Below are positions 1 to 12,434 of a DNA stretch of 54,577 bases, piece after piece (the stretch's first letter is position 1; the number at the start of each line of letters is the position of its first letter). The stretch is from NCBI RefSeq assembly GCF_000143415.4, contig NW_003314285.1, positions 402,782-457,358 on the forward strand, given 5' to 3'. A model generated the notes under the pieces. The model was not told the origin of the DNA. It was given only the letters and a program-made list of their open reading frames with translations, and did not search any database. The position numbers and the translations under genes are program-made. This DNA comes from Selaginella moellendorffii. Its lineage: Eukaryota; Plantae; Lycopodiophyta.

Positions 1-626
1 TGGAGGTGGGGAGAGTCCCATAAGGCTTGCGTAAGGCCACGGTGTTCCGAAATGTTGTCCCAAAATCCCAGACTATGGAAAGGAAGAGGAGTGGTCCTTT
101 GATGTAGTGACCAATGATACAGTCATGTGGTGAGGAAATCCCAGAGGACAATGGGACTTAGTGGTCGGGCTTATGGGCCCTATTGGCGAACACAGCCATG
201 GGCAGAAAAAGGACTTGGTGGGGACTATAAAAGGGATATTGGGGAAGGATGTTCCCCATGTCTACGGGCATTTTAAGGATGCTAAGGAGTAGATTTTCGA
301 TGGTCACTCTTGGAGAGATGGCCCAGTTCTTGAGAGATGGGATTGCGATGCAGGTGGTGTTGGACCACCGGTGTAACCAAGGTGAAGGGGCATGGCCTTA
401 GCGTAACGGGCTAGTATGTCGGTGGTACTTTGGGGTGTCAGTCTTGGGACCGGGCACATGGAGCACTTGGACTAAGTGCAAGGGATGAGTGGCATGGATG
501 CCATTCTCGGGGCTAGCAAGTCCCAAGTCTTGAATTGGACTTAAGGAGGTTGTGAATGAGACTCCTCCAAGTGGTCAGAGGTGTGGTTAAGTGACTAAAG
601 TAGAATGGAAAAATTAGTCACTTACA
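1..626 (+). mobile_element. 3' part of an LTR related to the solo LTR at 31307-32442, inserted in LARD copy L0
   Basis: The end AAAGTAGAATGGAAAAATTAGTCACTTACA resembles AAAGTGGAAAGGAAAAATTTGTGGCTTACA (ends 32442). The start TGGAGGTGGGGG..AGGCCACGGTGTT resembles ~32023-32075. LARD internal sequence resumes after 626. Confidence 0.65.
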
Positions 627-1188
627 GCATGCTTGTCTTTGGGCTCATAGGTTGGATTGAAATGTTCTTTTTGGATAAGTTTATGCTTAGGCTCGTAAGT
701 GAGGCATATTAACAACTCAAAGTTACACTTTGAGTTAGCAAAATTAATGTTAGCTTATTGGTGGTTACCATGAGTTGAACTATGTACCATAGGTGAAAGT
801 AAACCTCCCCTAGGTTTATTAAGAGTGACAAATAAGCTAGTTTGTAACTGTTTAGCATGGCACCAGTAGATCCTTCTTAGGCATAATTATAAGTGAATCA
901 CTTAAGAGTATAGGGATTAGTCTATTGGTTCAAGTAGTCATTTATATGCTCTCTCATAAACTTTTCTTAGATTAGACTAAAGGTAGTGTTAACACAAGCT
1001 TGAGATTTAGTCAAGTTGAGACCAAAAAGAGAGTTACCAAGAACGAAAGATCAAATATGTAAGTCATTTTTTCTTTTTGGAGAGAGGATTTGCAATAAGT
1101 GTTAACTCATTGTTTGTATTTACATTATGTAATCAAGAGTCCTTACCTGTTGGTTATGATAGTCTTACAAGTGGTGAGTCATAGGATA
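627..1188 (+). mobile_element. LARD copy L0, 5' internal fragment (continues as the reverse complement from 43457 downward)
   Basis: Collinear with ~10683-11250 and ~25890-26455 (TTGGGCTCATA..., CAACTCAAAGTTACACTTTGAGTT, ...TCTTACAAGTGGTGAGT). Confidence 0.85.
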
Positions 1189-1548
1189 TGTCAAGACCCC
1201 CAACAAGATCAAGACTGGAAAATGCAAAAGATAAAGAGAAAAGCTAGTGGAAACAAAGAAAAGGCCTAGACTGGTGTTGATTTAGATTGTAGAGAAATGG
1301 AACAAGACTAACCTATATATACTATAGGTTGATGAAGCTCCACCACTCTTGGATCAAGGACAGCCTAAATATAGCTAAGGTCGAGGAGGCGCCACATCAT
1401 CATCAGGAATGTGGCTCAAGACTCAGAAATTGTACAGGAAATCAGAGAGTCAGGAATAGGAAAAAGTCTCGAGAATCAGGAATGTGGTCTGCAGGTCAGG
1501 AATCCAGCGAGATTCAGGAATGTGGTATGAATTGGGGGATTCCTGACA
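1189..1548 (-). repeat. 3' LTR of element A (short variant)
   Basis: TGTCAAGACCCC...TCCTGACA. Adjacent to the reverse complement of the PPT. Confidence 0.95.
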
Positions 1549-1561
1549 GCACCCCCTCCTC
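1549..1561 (-). other. Polypurine tract of A
   Basis: Reverse complement GAGGAGGGGGTGC abuts the LTR. Same as 48708-48720. Confidence 0.85.
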
Positions 1562-4500
1562 AAGAACGAGTGGAACGAGGACGTGAATGAGAACGAAGAG
1601 GAGGATGAGATGGGCGGCGAGGGACAGGAGATAGAGATAAAGAATGAGGACTGGGACGAGAAGGATAGCGGTGGACAAGGTCAGGAGAATGAATCAAGTT
1701 GTCCACAGGTTCCCAAGTGCGTTCTTCAGGTCCAAAACCCTTCCAGTCGACCAGATAGTAGAGTTTAGACCGTGAGATTTTGGAATCAAAGATGTCTTGA
1801 ACCTTGTACTCAGACCCATCCTCGAGCTGCACTGGTGGAGGCGGAGGAATGACCCGATTTGGAATAGGACTAGGAATATAAGGCTCAAGGAGAGAGGAGT
1901 GAAAAATGGGGTGAATTTGATAGGAGGGAAGTGCAAGGCGATAAGTAACAGGATTAATGATAGCAGTGCTAGGGAAAGGATTGAGGCATTTGAAATTGAG
2001 TTTAGGACATGGCCTGGTGGTGGAGATATTTTGCCTGAGGAGCCAAACTTTATCCCCAATATTGTAAGGGGGACAATCCTGACGATGGGCATTGGCAAAT
2101 GTTTTGTGAGATTCCTAAGCACGATGGAGGTGGAAGGAGATGGAGTTGTGGATTTCCTGGAGGTTGTAGACAAATGTCTCAGAGCGGGGATTTGAATGAG
2201 AGGATTCGGATGGAGAAGGAAGTGAGAGATTGAATTGGGGATTTCGGCCAGAGTTCGCAAAGAAGGGGGAAACTCAAAGAGAGGAGTGAACAGAGTTGTT
2301 ATAGGAGAACTCAGCAAGGGGAAGGATAACGTCTGAATCGTTCACTCAAACTGTCCATCAATTTGAGGATGATACGCCGAAGAAAAGTTGGCCTTCACTC
2401 AAAGCAATTGCAAAAACCGTTGCCAAAAATGAGAGATGAATTGAGGTCCCCGATCGGAAACCACATCTGCAGGAATCCCATGAAGTCAGAAATTTTCCCT
2501 GAATACCAGTTTTGCCATGTCCTTGCCCGAAAACTCCTTGGTACATGGCACGAAGTGTGCCATCTTTGCGAAGCGATCCACCACAACTAAAATGTTGTTG
2601 AAGCCTCCAGAACTCGGAAGATCACTCAAGAAATCCATGGAGATGGATTCCCAAGGACCTGAAGGGACCGGGAGGGAACGAAGAAATCCTAAAGGAAGGT
2701 GGCGAGGTACCTTATTTCAGGCGCAAGTGTCATAGGAGGTAACAAAAGTTTTGATGTAGTCTTCCATGTGAGGCCACCAAAAGTCCCGTGCAACCAGCTC
2801 ATAGGTCTTTGCGATGCCGAAGTGACCAGCAGTCAGGCTATCGTGGCACGCCATCAGGACCAACCTTCAAGCATCACCATCAGGAACGTAAAGCTGCTCC
2901 CCACGGTACAACAAGCCATCTAAGAACTCGAATTCATCAAATCGCCGGCAGTCGGGAGTCACTGGGTGTCCAGCTTGAAGATGGGGAAAATGTTGCTGGT
3001 GAGGTCATCGGATTGAAGATCTTTTCTGATTGCATCCATCAAGAAGGAGTCCTGAGGGGCCAGGGAAATTGCCATAACTTGAAGCCAGTCAGGATCAAGG
3101 ATAACTTGATCCTGTTGATCGAAGGCAGGATTACCAGGCCTGAGACTAAGATAGGAGCGCCTTGAAAGAGCATTAGGAAGGCTTTGAAGCTTTCCAGGTC
3201 TATACTTGATAACAAAGTCAAACCGACTCAGAAATTGTGCCCACCTTGCTTGATGACGGCTCAAAACTCGGGAAGTGGCAAAGTACTCGAGATTTTTGTG
3301 ATCTGTCCAGACTGTTGTTTGATGGCCCACCCCCTCCAAGAAACGGCGCCACTCTCCAAAGGAATCCATGATGCCAAGGAGCTCCTGTCATGGATTTTGT
3401 AATTGATCTCCGAAGGCTGGAATTTCTGAGAATGGAAAGCGATCGGATGAAGTTCGTGATCCGCTCCGAGTTGAGACAGCACAGCACCAATGGCGAAGTC
3501 GGAGGCGTCAGCCTCGATGAAGAAAGGTTGTGAGGGATCAGTGTGAATCAAGACGGGAGTAGAACTGAAGGCCGCCTTGAGTGTGTCAAAGACCTGCTGG
3601 GCAGCAGCAGACCAAGAGAAGGGAACATCCTTGCGAGTGAGATGCGTGAGAGGAAGGACAATGTCAGAGTAGTGATCAATGAATTTGCGGTAGAAGTTGG
3701 CGAAGCCAAGGAAAACCTGAACATCCGACATTGATTGTGGAGGCTCCCATTCGAGAATAGTCTTGACTTTGGCAGGATCCATCGTGATACCCTCAGGAGT
3801 GCCAATGTACCCAAGGAACTCCACAGACTGCTGATCGAAGGAACATTTCTCAAGCTTCTCGTATAGGCCGTGTTCTTGTAGCTTCACCAGCACCTTGTGT
3901 ACATGTTCATCATGCTCCCCTTGAGTTTTTGAGTAGATGAGGATGTCATCGAGGTAGACGATCACCATTTGATCAAGAAACTCCCGAAAGACATCATTCG
4001 CCATGTGTTGGAAAACTACTAGAGCATTTGTCAAGCCAAATGGCATGACAGTGTACTCGAAGTGGCCATAGCGGGTTCAGAACGCAGTTTTCCATTCATC
4101 ACCAGGCCGGATCCGGATTAGGTTGTATGCTCCACGGAGGTCGATCTTGGTGAAGAAGCGGGCACCGCCTAGGCATTCCAACAAGTCCGAGATCAGGGGC
4201 AGCAGATAACGGTTCCGAACAGTCACCTTGTTCAAACCTTGGTAGTCGATGACTAGCCGCAAACTCCCATCCTTCTTCTTGACAAAGAAGACAGGTGCTC
4301 CAGCCGGGGACTGCGAATTCTGAATGTACCCGGAGGCAAGGTTCTCATCCACGTACTCTTTGAGGGCCTTAAGCTCGGATGGGGATAACCTGTAGATAGG
4401 CCCCCACAGAGGTGACGCTCCTTCCTGTAAATCAATGGGACAGTCATAAAGCCGATGAACAGGTAGTACACTAGCTTTTTTCTTGTCAAACACATCCCCA

Positions 4501-5328
4501 AAATCATGATACTTCTCAGGAAGACTGACAGGAGAAACATGCAAAGCAAAAAGGAAAATAGGTTCTTCATGAATGAGTTCTTTCATAGTGATTGTGGAGA
4601 TAGGAGGAGGCGTATGACTAAATGGAATGATGAGACAAGGATACTATCCACTATAAGATGGAGGAGAGGAAAAAGAAGAGGGTGAAAACTTCGTAGAGTC
4701 AAGAACAGAACCCCGATTTGAGTTTAGGGAACTTTTCTTGATCGGACTCGATGAACAGCAGGGGAAGCCGTGGGAGATAGTGATGTGGGAGAGATGAGCT
4801 GTAATTCCTTCCAACAGATTGAGGTTGATGTAGTTGGAACCAAGGAAGACCAAGCACCACAGAGGAGGACTTGTTGTTGATGATGTTGAAGGCGATATCG
4901 GTGACGGTGGACCCGATGTGTACTCGAACGGGTAACGTTTCCCAAAGTCCAGAAGATGGAGACACAAAATGCCCACTAATGCCTTCAACCCTCAGATCCC
5001 ATATGGTAGAAGAAAGAAGAACGTGATGTCGGGCAGCAAAGTCCATGTCCATGAAGCAGGAAGTTGCACCCGAGTCCAGTAGCGCTAGAGCCTTGAGTCT
5101 TGATTGTCCGGTGAAAGAAAGGAGACATGGGACGCGGAAGTTGCGAGAATTGGTGGTGGCTTTGATGAAAGGTGGTGAGGAGCTTGATAAAGAAGAAAAG
5201 TGATTTTTATTCGGGGAGTCCAAACAGATAGCTCCTACTCTACTTGGACAAGGTCGTTTCCCAACTGCAACAAAGGTGGATTTTGAGGCAGAGTGAACTC
5301 GAGCAGTCGGGGAGGCTTCTTGGGACAC
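1560..5328 (-). pseudogene. pol: pol of A (protease, RT, RNase H, integrase, chromodomain), frameshifted
   Basis: ORF pieces: ALLDSGAT (PR); [31 protein letters not shown] (RT); IEADASDFAIGAVL, TDHKNLEYF (RH); EYKVQDIFDSK..YYLVDWKGFGPEERTWEP (chromodomain). Confidence 0.92.
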
Positions 5329-6236
5329 ATAGCTGCTTTGTGATTAGGATCAGCATAGTAGAAGCAAAGATTATGAGATATTCGACGTTGCTTCTCAGCA
5401 GGACTCAACTTCCCTTTGATGAGTCAGGGAGTACCAGAAATATCCATCGGGACCGGAGCAGTAACTTCAGGAGTATGCCCCGAATACTCAAGCTGGGATT
5501 CCTGAGTCTGGGACAGAAAAACAGTGGCGCGACGACTTTCCTGACAATGCTGAAAGAGACGATTGTCACATCGAACAGCTTTGTTGATGGTGTGTGACAG
5601 GTCCTTGGGATCCTCCATGGTGAGCAACAAATCCTTGGGATCCTCCATGGTGAGCAACAAATCCTTGACACCGTTGTTGAGGCCGAAACGAAATTGGTCA
5701 ATTAAGGCCCACTCATCCAACTGAGTGTCCAAGGCAAGGAGTTGGAACTCTGCAACGTAGATTGAGGCAGGACGAGACCCCTGAGAGAGACGTCTCATCT
5801 TTGTGGTAGCAGCCCGAACCCGATCCGTCTCGCCAAAACATGCTTTGAGCTTCTCTTTGAACAATTGAAGATCCATCAACTCCGGAACCACGACCCCTTT
5901 CATGCTCTTCTCCAGAAGAGGAGAAAACCATGACAAAGCTACACCTTTGAACAACGTCCCAATCGCGCCGATTTGAGACTCGGGAGTGGGGTACTGCTGA
6001 TGTTGAAGTGCGAAGATCAGCTCCATCTAGTTCATGAATCCGCGAAGCTCCGAATGCTTGCCTGAAAAGTTTGCCGGGAAACTCACCTTTGGTTCAGGAA
6101 CTTTGCTGGATCCTTGAGCCAAAAGTGAAGCAAGCTCTTGCTGCATGCGAAGGAGGGTCGCCTTCAGCTCAGTATTCTCAGACTGGATTTTTGCAAGGAC
6201 TTCAGCAAAGAAATCAAGATGGCTTAGAGACTCCAT
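5240..6236 (-). pseudogene. gag: gag of A (retrotransposon capsid), in-frame TAG at 6027-6029
   Basis: ORFs 6027..6275 and 5424..6026 (PEPKVSFPANFSG, ALSWFSPL, QFRFGLNNGVKD, APVPMDI). 30-bp tandem duplication encoding DLLLTMEDPK. Confidence 0.88.
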
Positions 6237-6341
6237 CGGTAGAAAGAAAGAAAAAAGAGGGGGGGAAAAAGGCAAAGGCAGTCAAACAATCAATACGAGT
6301 TAAAGGAAAAAAAATGAAAAAACACAATCTGAATCAAACTT

Positions 6342-6673
6342 GCTAGTGGAAACAAAGAAGATGCCTAGACTGATGTTGATTCAGATTGTGGAGAAATGGA
6401 ACAAGGCTAACCTATATATACTATAGGTTGATGAAGCTCCACCACTCTTGGATCGAGGATGGCCTAAATATAGCTAAGGTCGAGGAGGCACCACATCATC
6501 ATCAGGAATGTGGCTCAAAACTTAGGAATTGTACGGAAAATCAGAGAGTCAGGAATAGGGAAAAGTCTCGAGAGTCAAGAATAGGGAAGTGTCTCAAGAA
6601 TTAGGAATGTGGTCTGCAGGTCAGGAATCCAGCAAGATTCAGGAATATGGTATGAATTGGGGGATTTCTGACA
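6342..6673 (-). repeat. 5' LTR of A (long variant; ~55 bp of the U5 end deleted)
   Basis: Matches 1244-1548. The GTCAAGACCCC...GAGAAAA part is missing next to the PBS. Carries the extra GAGTCAAGAATAGGGAAGTGTCTC unit. Confidence 0.9.
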
Positions 6674-6679
6674 GGATGA

Positions 6680-6842
6680 TGTGAGGTCCAAGTGTACGAC
6701 TATGATATTATATACTAATATTACTATAATGGTAGATGTCAGATTGGTTTCAATTTAGACCATTCGCTCCTGTATATAAGCTAGGATTTTTTGGATTAAT
6801 GAATATGCACATTTTCTGTATTCCCTTTCCATATTCCATGCA

Positions 6843-6848
<6 letters not shown>
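6680..6848 (+). repeat. Displaced 3' LTR of Gypsy element C
   Basis: ~6735-6848 is the reverse complement of 54355-54470. Starts with TGT. Its PPT is split between 6674-6679 and 49604-49614. Confidence 0.8.
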
Positions 6849-6896
<48 letters not shown>

Positions 6897-6906
6897 CACA
6901 CACACA
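6847..6906. repeat. (TA)n(CA)n microsatellite
   Basis: Seen directly. Confidence 0.95.
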
Positions 6907-6934
6907 TATAAATATATATAAAGAGATCTACCTA

Positions 6935-8800
6935 CATTAAGCCACTAATATACTGAAATCACATCAAACTCTATCTACATTTTGGTCTTGGCATTGGAAT
7001 TCTAGATCTTCTAAGACTATTCCAATATTACTCTATATTCATGATTTTTCATTCCTTTGCTATGTGTAGAGGAGTTCAATTGCCCAAGCACATGTATCTA
7101 AGGGTTAAATTTCATTTCGAATTTATCATCATAGATATAGGGTTAATATCATGTCTATTACATTTAGTATCAATGTGGTTTTTGTGATTAAGTTTTAAAT
7201 ATTCATTAGCATTTGTAGATGGCAATAGCAAATGTTGTGAATATAACTATAGGTATTAAAAGCTATTTGTCAATAAGTCCTTTCAAAAATTCTTCTTTTA
7301 CTACTATAATGACAGGAGGTTAATATTATTAGTTCCACTTTTTTTCAATATCATTACTTGATAATTTACTATGTCTACTAAACACCCTCACTATCATGTC
7401 TATGTGTTAATCTCATGTAAATCTCATTAGTTATTTATAAAAAATGTCTAAATCTACTAGTGAGGCATATTTATGGAAGGTAGAGATTGTCATAAATACA
7501 ATGATATTGTTATTATATTTAAATTCATCAAGTATAATTAATAAATTTCCAAACTTATCTTTGGTCTTTACATTGGGATACTAGAAACTCTACAACTGTT
7601 CCAATGCTACTCAATACTTTTATTCTTCCACTCTTTGGTTGTATGTTTAGTTGTTCTTTTGTTTAATGGCTCAAAGCCCTAAAACTCAAGTCCCACGCTG
7701 TTACCTTTGACATAAGGGTTATGTTTTGTTCTATAGTTATCTTATGGTAAGACACTATAAAGTATAGGATATATAGAGTATAGATTATAAAATCCATGAG
7801 AATAATGGGTATATTGTTAAATGCTTATGTATTAGATTATAAAACTTTGTGTTAAGGTGAACATTTGTAAAGTTTTAGGTAGGAGAAAGTTGGTTGGGCC
7901 ATTAAAATTTAAGCTTCCCTAATTGTTGATCTATTGGTCATTTTGTCTGAAAACTAATCTAACTTTTTAAACTATATGAAAGATTTTTTAATTAGCTTAT
8001 GATAAGGCTTGAAAGGTATATTGACTTATGTAACTGAGTTGGATAGAATTTTGAGTTGAAAGTAGAAAAGTGGTTATTTTTCTTTTCTAGAAACATGACT
8101 TGTATGTATTGTCGTGCTTGGTGATATATTACACTTTATGTTTATGACAAACTCTATAACAGTGACAGTGACTATCCTCAAAAAGCCCACTAATACAAAG
8201 TCAAGATTAGTGAGAGCACACAGTCAATGTCCACATTTATACTATAAGGATATTATGTATTTATATAAGTCTATTTGATAGTCTTTATTTTAAGTGTTGA
8301 TCATTTATAGCTACCCTCTTTAGTCATACTCAAAGTTATTAGTTAGATGTGTTAGTAGGTTTATTATTATTCGATTGGATTTGAGTACTATTTATTTAGT
8401 TTGCACTTGTTTATTGTTACCTTCTTGTTGGACAATTATATGGTACATCCTATGGTAATAACCACATAGCAAAACCTTATCCTTTGGATACGTGGGTAAA
8501 GGGCAATAGAGTGGAACTTGAGTTTCAATGCCTTCAACCACTAAACCAAGGGATAGGGCCAAACTCTTAAATATATAACCAAGGAATGAAAGAAACTAGA
8601 GCACAAAAATGACTCTTGAATGTACAATCTAATTAGCAAAGGGATAATAACATAAAGTTGTAAGTGACTAAGTCAAAGCTAAACTCTTAAGTATATAGCC
8701 AAGGAGTGAAAGAATTGGAGCACAAAAATGACTCCTGAATGTATAATCTAATAAGCAAAGGGATAAGAGTATAAAGTTTAAGAAATTAACCTCCATAAGT
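6935..8800. mobile_element. Highly decayed, rearranged fragments of the LARD/D LTR family
   Basis: ~6935-7030 and ~7560-7760 resemble LTR R/U5 (10160-10480). ~7840-8100 resembles internal 19425-19790. ~8445-8555 resembles U5 in reverse orientation. AT-enriched. Confidence 0.55.
8561..8779. repeat. ~120-bp tandem duplication
   Basis: AAACTCTTAA.TATATA.CCAAGGA.TGAAAGAA...GCAAAGGGATAA occurs at 8561 and 8681. Confidence 0.8.
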
Positions 8801-9957
8801 CTAATTCTTGATTTAAGAACTTACTAGCCCCATAAATATATACCACTTTGCTTTTACACTTAGTCCAAATGCTCTATATATCCATTCCCGTTATAAACAC
8901 CTAAAGGTACCATTGACATGTCAGTATATTATGTTAAAGCTATGTTCATTCATCTTTGTCTCATTAGTAGTCCAAAACCACCCATATCACAATCCTACCT
9001 CCCAAAAATTAGGCCATCCATCCATGAGTGGTCATCCTATGACCATACTTTAGTATAATTAAGATGCCTAGAAATATGAGGAACAATCTTCCTTAATATC
9101 TCTTCTTCAATCCCTACCAAGTCCCTTTCTATCTATGGCAGTGCTCGTCAACACCACCACTAAATTAGGCCTGAAGGTCTGATTGCTAAATCCTATTGAC
9201 CTCTAAGATTTCCTCACCACGTGATTGTATCTTTAGTCACTACATAAGAGAATTGCTATGGACTTACACAAGCCTTCACCTTCCACCTCTGAGTGGCTTA
9301 ACAATGTGGCTAGAGTAAAGTTCTAATGAGCCACGCCAAGTATCTAAGTAGATAGTGCCACCCACATTTAGATTGGGAGCATTAACTATTCAATTTCTTA
9401 GGTGTCGCAAATGTGACTTCGGGTATCGAAAGTTACCTGTCGGCTAGTCCTTTCGGATATTCTTTCCTTACTGCCACGACAGCAAGAGGTCAGTATTGCT
9501 GGACTCGTTATCAGTCTTCGCCTGAGCTAATTGAGAAACTGGTCATCACATGTGCACTTAGACCGGAAGGGCACTAAGGAAGGAAATCCTAAGTTGTCAT
9601 TTGTTAAGTAGACTTGATACGGTGATGAGAAACTCATGATGTTGACTTGCACTTGTTAGTGTTGGGAACCCCCGCAATATTGAGCTTGGTCCCTCAATAT
9701 CGCTAGATGATAGCTTACCATGTCTGCCAAACACCCTTGCTATCATGCCCTTTGTGTTAGTCTCATTTTGGTCCCAAATGCTATTTATGGAAAGTGTCCA
9801 GATTTGCTCATTTAGCATGTCTACGGAATGTAATATTGGCCTGACACAATGGTGTTCATCCCGTGTCCAAATTTGCATTCTACGCTATTTCATATTTAGT
9901 AAGTTTTGAGCATGTCCCAGAGACTAACTCCTGATACTAAGGGAGGCTTGGGGTGAN

Positions 9958-10057
9958 NNNNNNNNNNNNNNNNNNNNNNNNNNNNNNNNNNNNNNNNNNN
10001 NNNNNNNNNNNNNNNNNNNNNNNNNNNNNNNNNNNNNNNNNNNNNNNNNNNNNNNNG
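9958..10057. other. Assembly gap (100 N) at the LTR poly-G tract
   Basis: The flanks match both sides of the poly-G module in the other LTR copies. Confidence 0.9.
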
Positions 10058-10509
10058 CTATGGGGGGTTTCAAATATATAGTAGGGATAGTGGATAGGTC
10101 TGGCTTGGGTCTAAACCCAAGCTCCACACCATGTTAGCTGGTGGAGTACCTATATCCTCACATTAAGCCATTGGTATGCTGAAATAGTGCCAAATTTTGT
10201 TTGGCTCCGTTTTGTGTGTTAGTCCTGGCATTGGGATGCTGGTTGCTCTAGGACTGTTCCAAGTCGCTCTAGGCTCCTATCCCTTCGCTCCTTGGGCTGT
10301 ACGCTCAAGAGTTGCTCTGTGGTTTGGTTCCGTCACTCCTTGGCATTGTTCGTTCAGTGGCCCAAGGCTCTGAAACTTGGGTTCCACACCATTGTCCTTT
10401 GGACATGTGGCATCTGTCACGTGGCATAAAGAGGGTTTAGGTTCCGCTTCGTGGTTATCCTATGGTAACTCACCATAGGATAAAGGGTCAAAACCACATG
10501 CGCTATATT

Positions 10510-10520
10510 TGGTATCAGAG
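10510..10520 (+). other. Primer binding site, initiator tRNA-Met type (L1)
   Basis: TGGTATCAGAG, 2 nt after the LTR end. Canonical plant iMet PBS. Confidence 0.9.
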
Positions 10521-11299
10521 GATACGTCTCAGCGAGTATTATACAATGAGATTAGACAACTAGTCTCATTGCATACGCAGAGATGAAAATGATGATCCAA
10601 GTGGGTACACGTTTGGGTGCAAAAGCTTTGGAATCGTTTCTTGGGTATGGATTTCGATTACCTTTTTGTACCGCATTGTATGAGCTTGCTCTTGGGCTCA
10701 TAAGATGAATGTGAGATGTTCCATTTGTATGAGTTTTCACTTGGGCTCGTGAGTGAGGCACATTAGCAACTCAAGGTTGCACTTTGAGTTGGCAGGATTA
10801 ATGTTAGCCTATCGGTGGTTCCATGAGTTGTTTCATATACCATGGGTGAAAGAAAACCTCCCTGGGTTTGCTCTAAGTGGCAGATAGGCTAGTCCATAGT
10901 TATTTAGCATGGCACTAGTGGATCCTTCCTAGGCATGATTATAAGTGGATTACCAAGACTGTAGGGATTAGTTTATTGGTTCAAGTAGTCATTGCCATTC
11001 TCTCTCATAAACTTTTCTTGGATTGGACTGAAAGCAGTATGAAAGCAAGCTTTAGGTTTAGTCAAAAGATGAGACCGAAAAGAGAGTTATCAGGGACAAA
11101 GGATCAAACATGTAAATCATTTTCTCTTCTTGAAGGGATGATTTACAATGAAGTGTGACTCATTGCTAGTGTTCACAGTATGCAATCAAGAGTCCTTACC
11201 TTGATGCATGTTGGAAGTGGTAGTCTTACAAATGGTGAGTTGTGGGATGGATAGTAGTGAAACGCTAAACCATTTTATTTAGGCTTGCTATTGGAAGAC

Positions 11300-12434
11300 T
11301 GTAGCGCACGTGGTTTTGACCCTTTATCCTATGGTGATTTACCATAGGATAACACCACGAAGCGGAACCTAAACCCTCTTTGTGCCACGTGACAGATGCC
11401 ACGTGTCACATACCACGTGTCCATAGGAACCCGAGGTTCAGGGCCTTGGACCACTGAACGAAGGAACAGTGCCAAACTCCTAAGCGTGACGCCAAGGAGT
11501 GATGGAACCGGACCACGGAGCAACTCCCGAGCATATAGCCCAAGGAGCGAAGGGACAGGAGCCCGGAGCGACTTGGAACAGTCCTGAAGCAACCAACATC
11601 CCAATGCCAGGACTAGCACGCAAAACGGAGCCAAACGGAGTCTGGCGCTATTTCGGCATACCGGTGGCCTAACGTGAGAATATGGGTACTCCACCAGCTA
11701 GCATGGAATGGAACTTGGGCTTAGACCCAAGCCGGACGCAGAACAAGGACAGGCACGCAAGCGGGAGCTAGACTATGCCTCAGGTTGGTCGGCCATGCCC
11801 GACCTACCCACTATCCCTAATATACATTTGGAACCCCCCATAACCCCCCCCCCTTGAGGAACACACGCTTTGGGCTTTCACCCCAAGCCTCCCTTAGTAT
11901 CAGGAGTTAGTCTCTAGGACAAGCTCGAAACTTACTAAATATGGAATGTCCCTAGATTGTGAATTTGGACACGAGACGAACACCATTGTGTTCAGGCCGA
12001 TCTCTACATTCCGTAGATATGCCAAATGAGCAAATCTGGACACTTTCCATAAATAGCATTTGGGACCGAAATGAGACTAACACAAAGGGCATGATAGCGA
12101 GGGTGTTTGGCAGACACGGTAAGCTATCATGTAGCGATATTGAGGGACTAATCTCAATACGCGAGGGTTCTTGTCACTAGCCAGTGCAAGACAAAACGAG
12201 ACGGGAACTCCTTACTTAGCTTATAGTATGCTTAGCTAATAACACGTAGGAATTCCGTCCCTATGCTCGTCCGGTCTAAGTACACTCGAAATGCCCAGTT
12301 AACTCCACTAGCACAAGAGGGACTGATAAAGGGTCCAGCAATACCGACCTTCTGCCGTCGTGGCAGTAAGGTAAGAGTGTCCGTAAGGACTAGTCGACAG
12401 GTAACTTTCGATACTCGAAGTCACATTCGCGACA
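11300..12434 (-). repeat. 3' LTR of L2
   Basis: TGTAGCGCAC...TTCGCGACA; adjacent to the PPT. Confidence 0.95.

Larger units (their letters stand above)
1189..6673 (-). mobile_element. Ty3/Gypsy chromovirus copy A (Tcn1/Tf1-like), defective
   Basis: TGTCA...TGACA LTRs. Order gag-PR-RT-RH-INT-chromodomain on the minus strand. PPT present. Inverted homologue of 43458-49598. Confidence 0.95.

Noticed and set aside
8800-9402. Unassigned sequence as a possible host gene or exon
   Set aside because: No ORF or splice pattern I can support. Probably older TE debris.
11329-11694. 121-aa ORF repeated at 17450-17815, and other short recurrent ORFs in LTRs and the LARD interior
   Set aside because: Recurrence reflects repeat copies. 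No recognisable domain, and frames are broken in other copies.
12322-12392. Hammerhead (retrozyme)-like CTGATAA..GTCCGTAAGGAC
   Set aside because: Lacks the CUGANGA core adjacent to stem II and the following GAAA, and it is antisense to the element.
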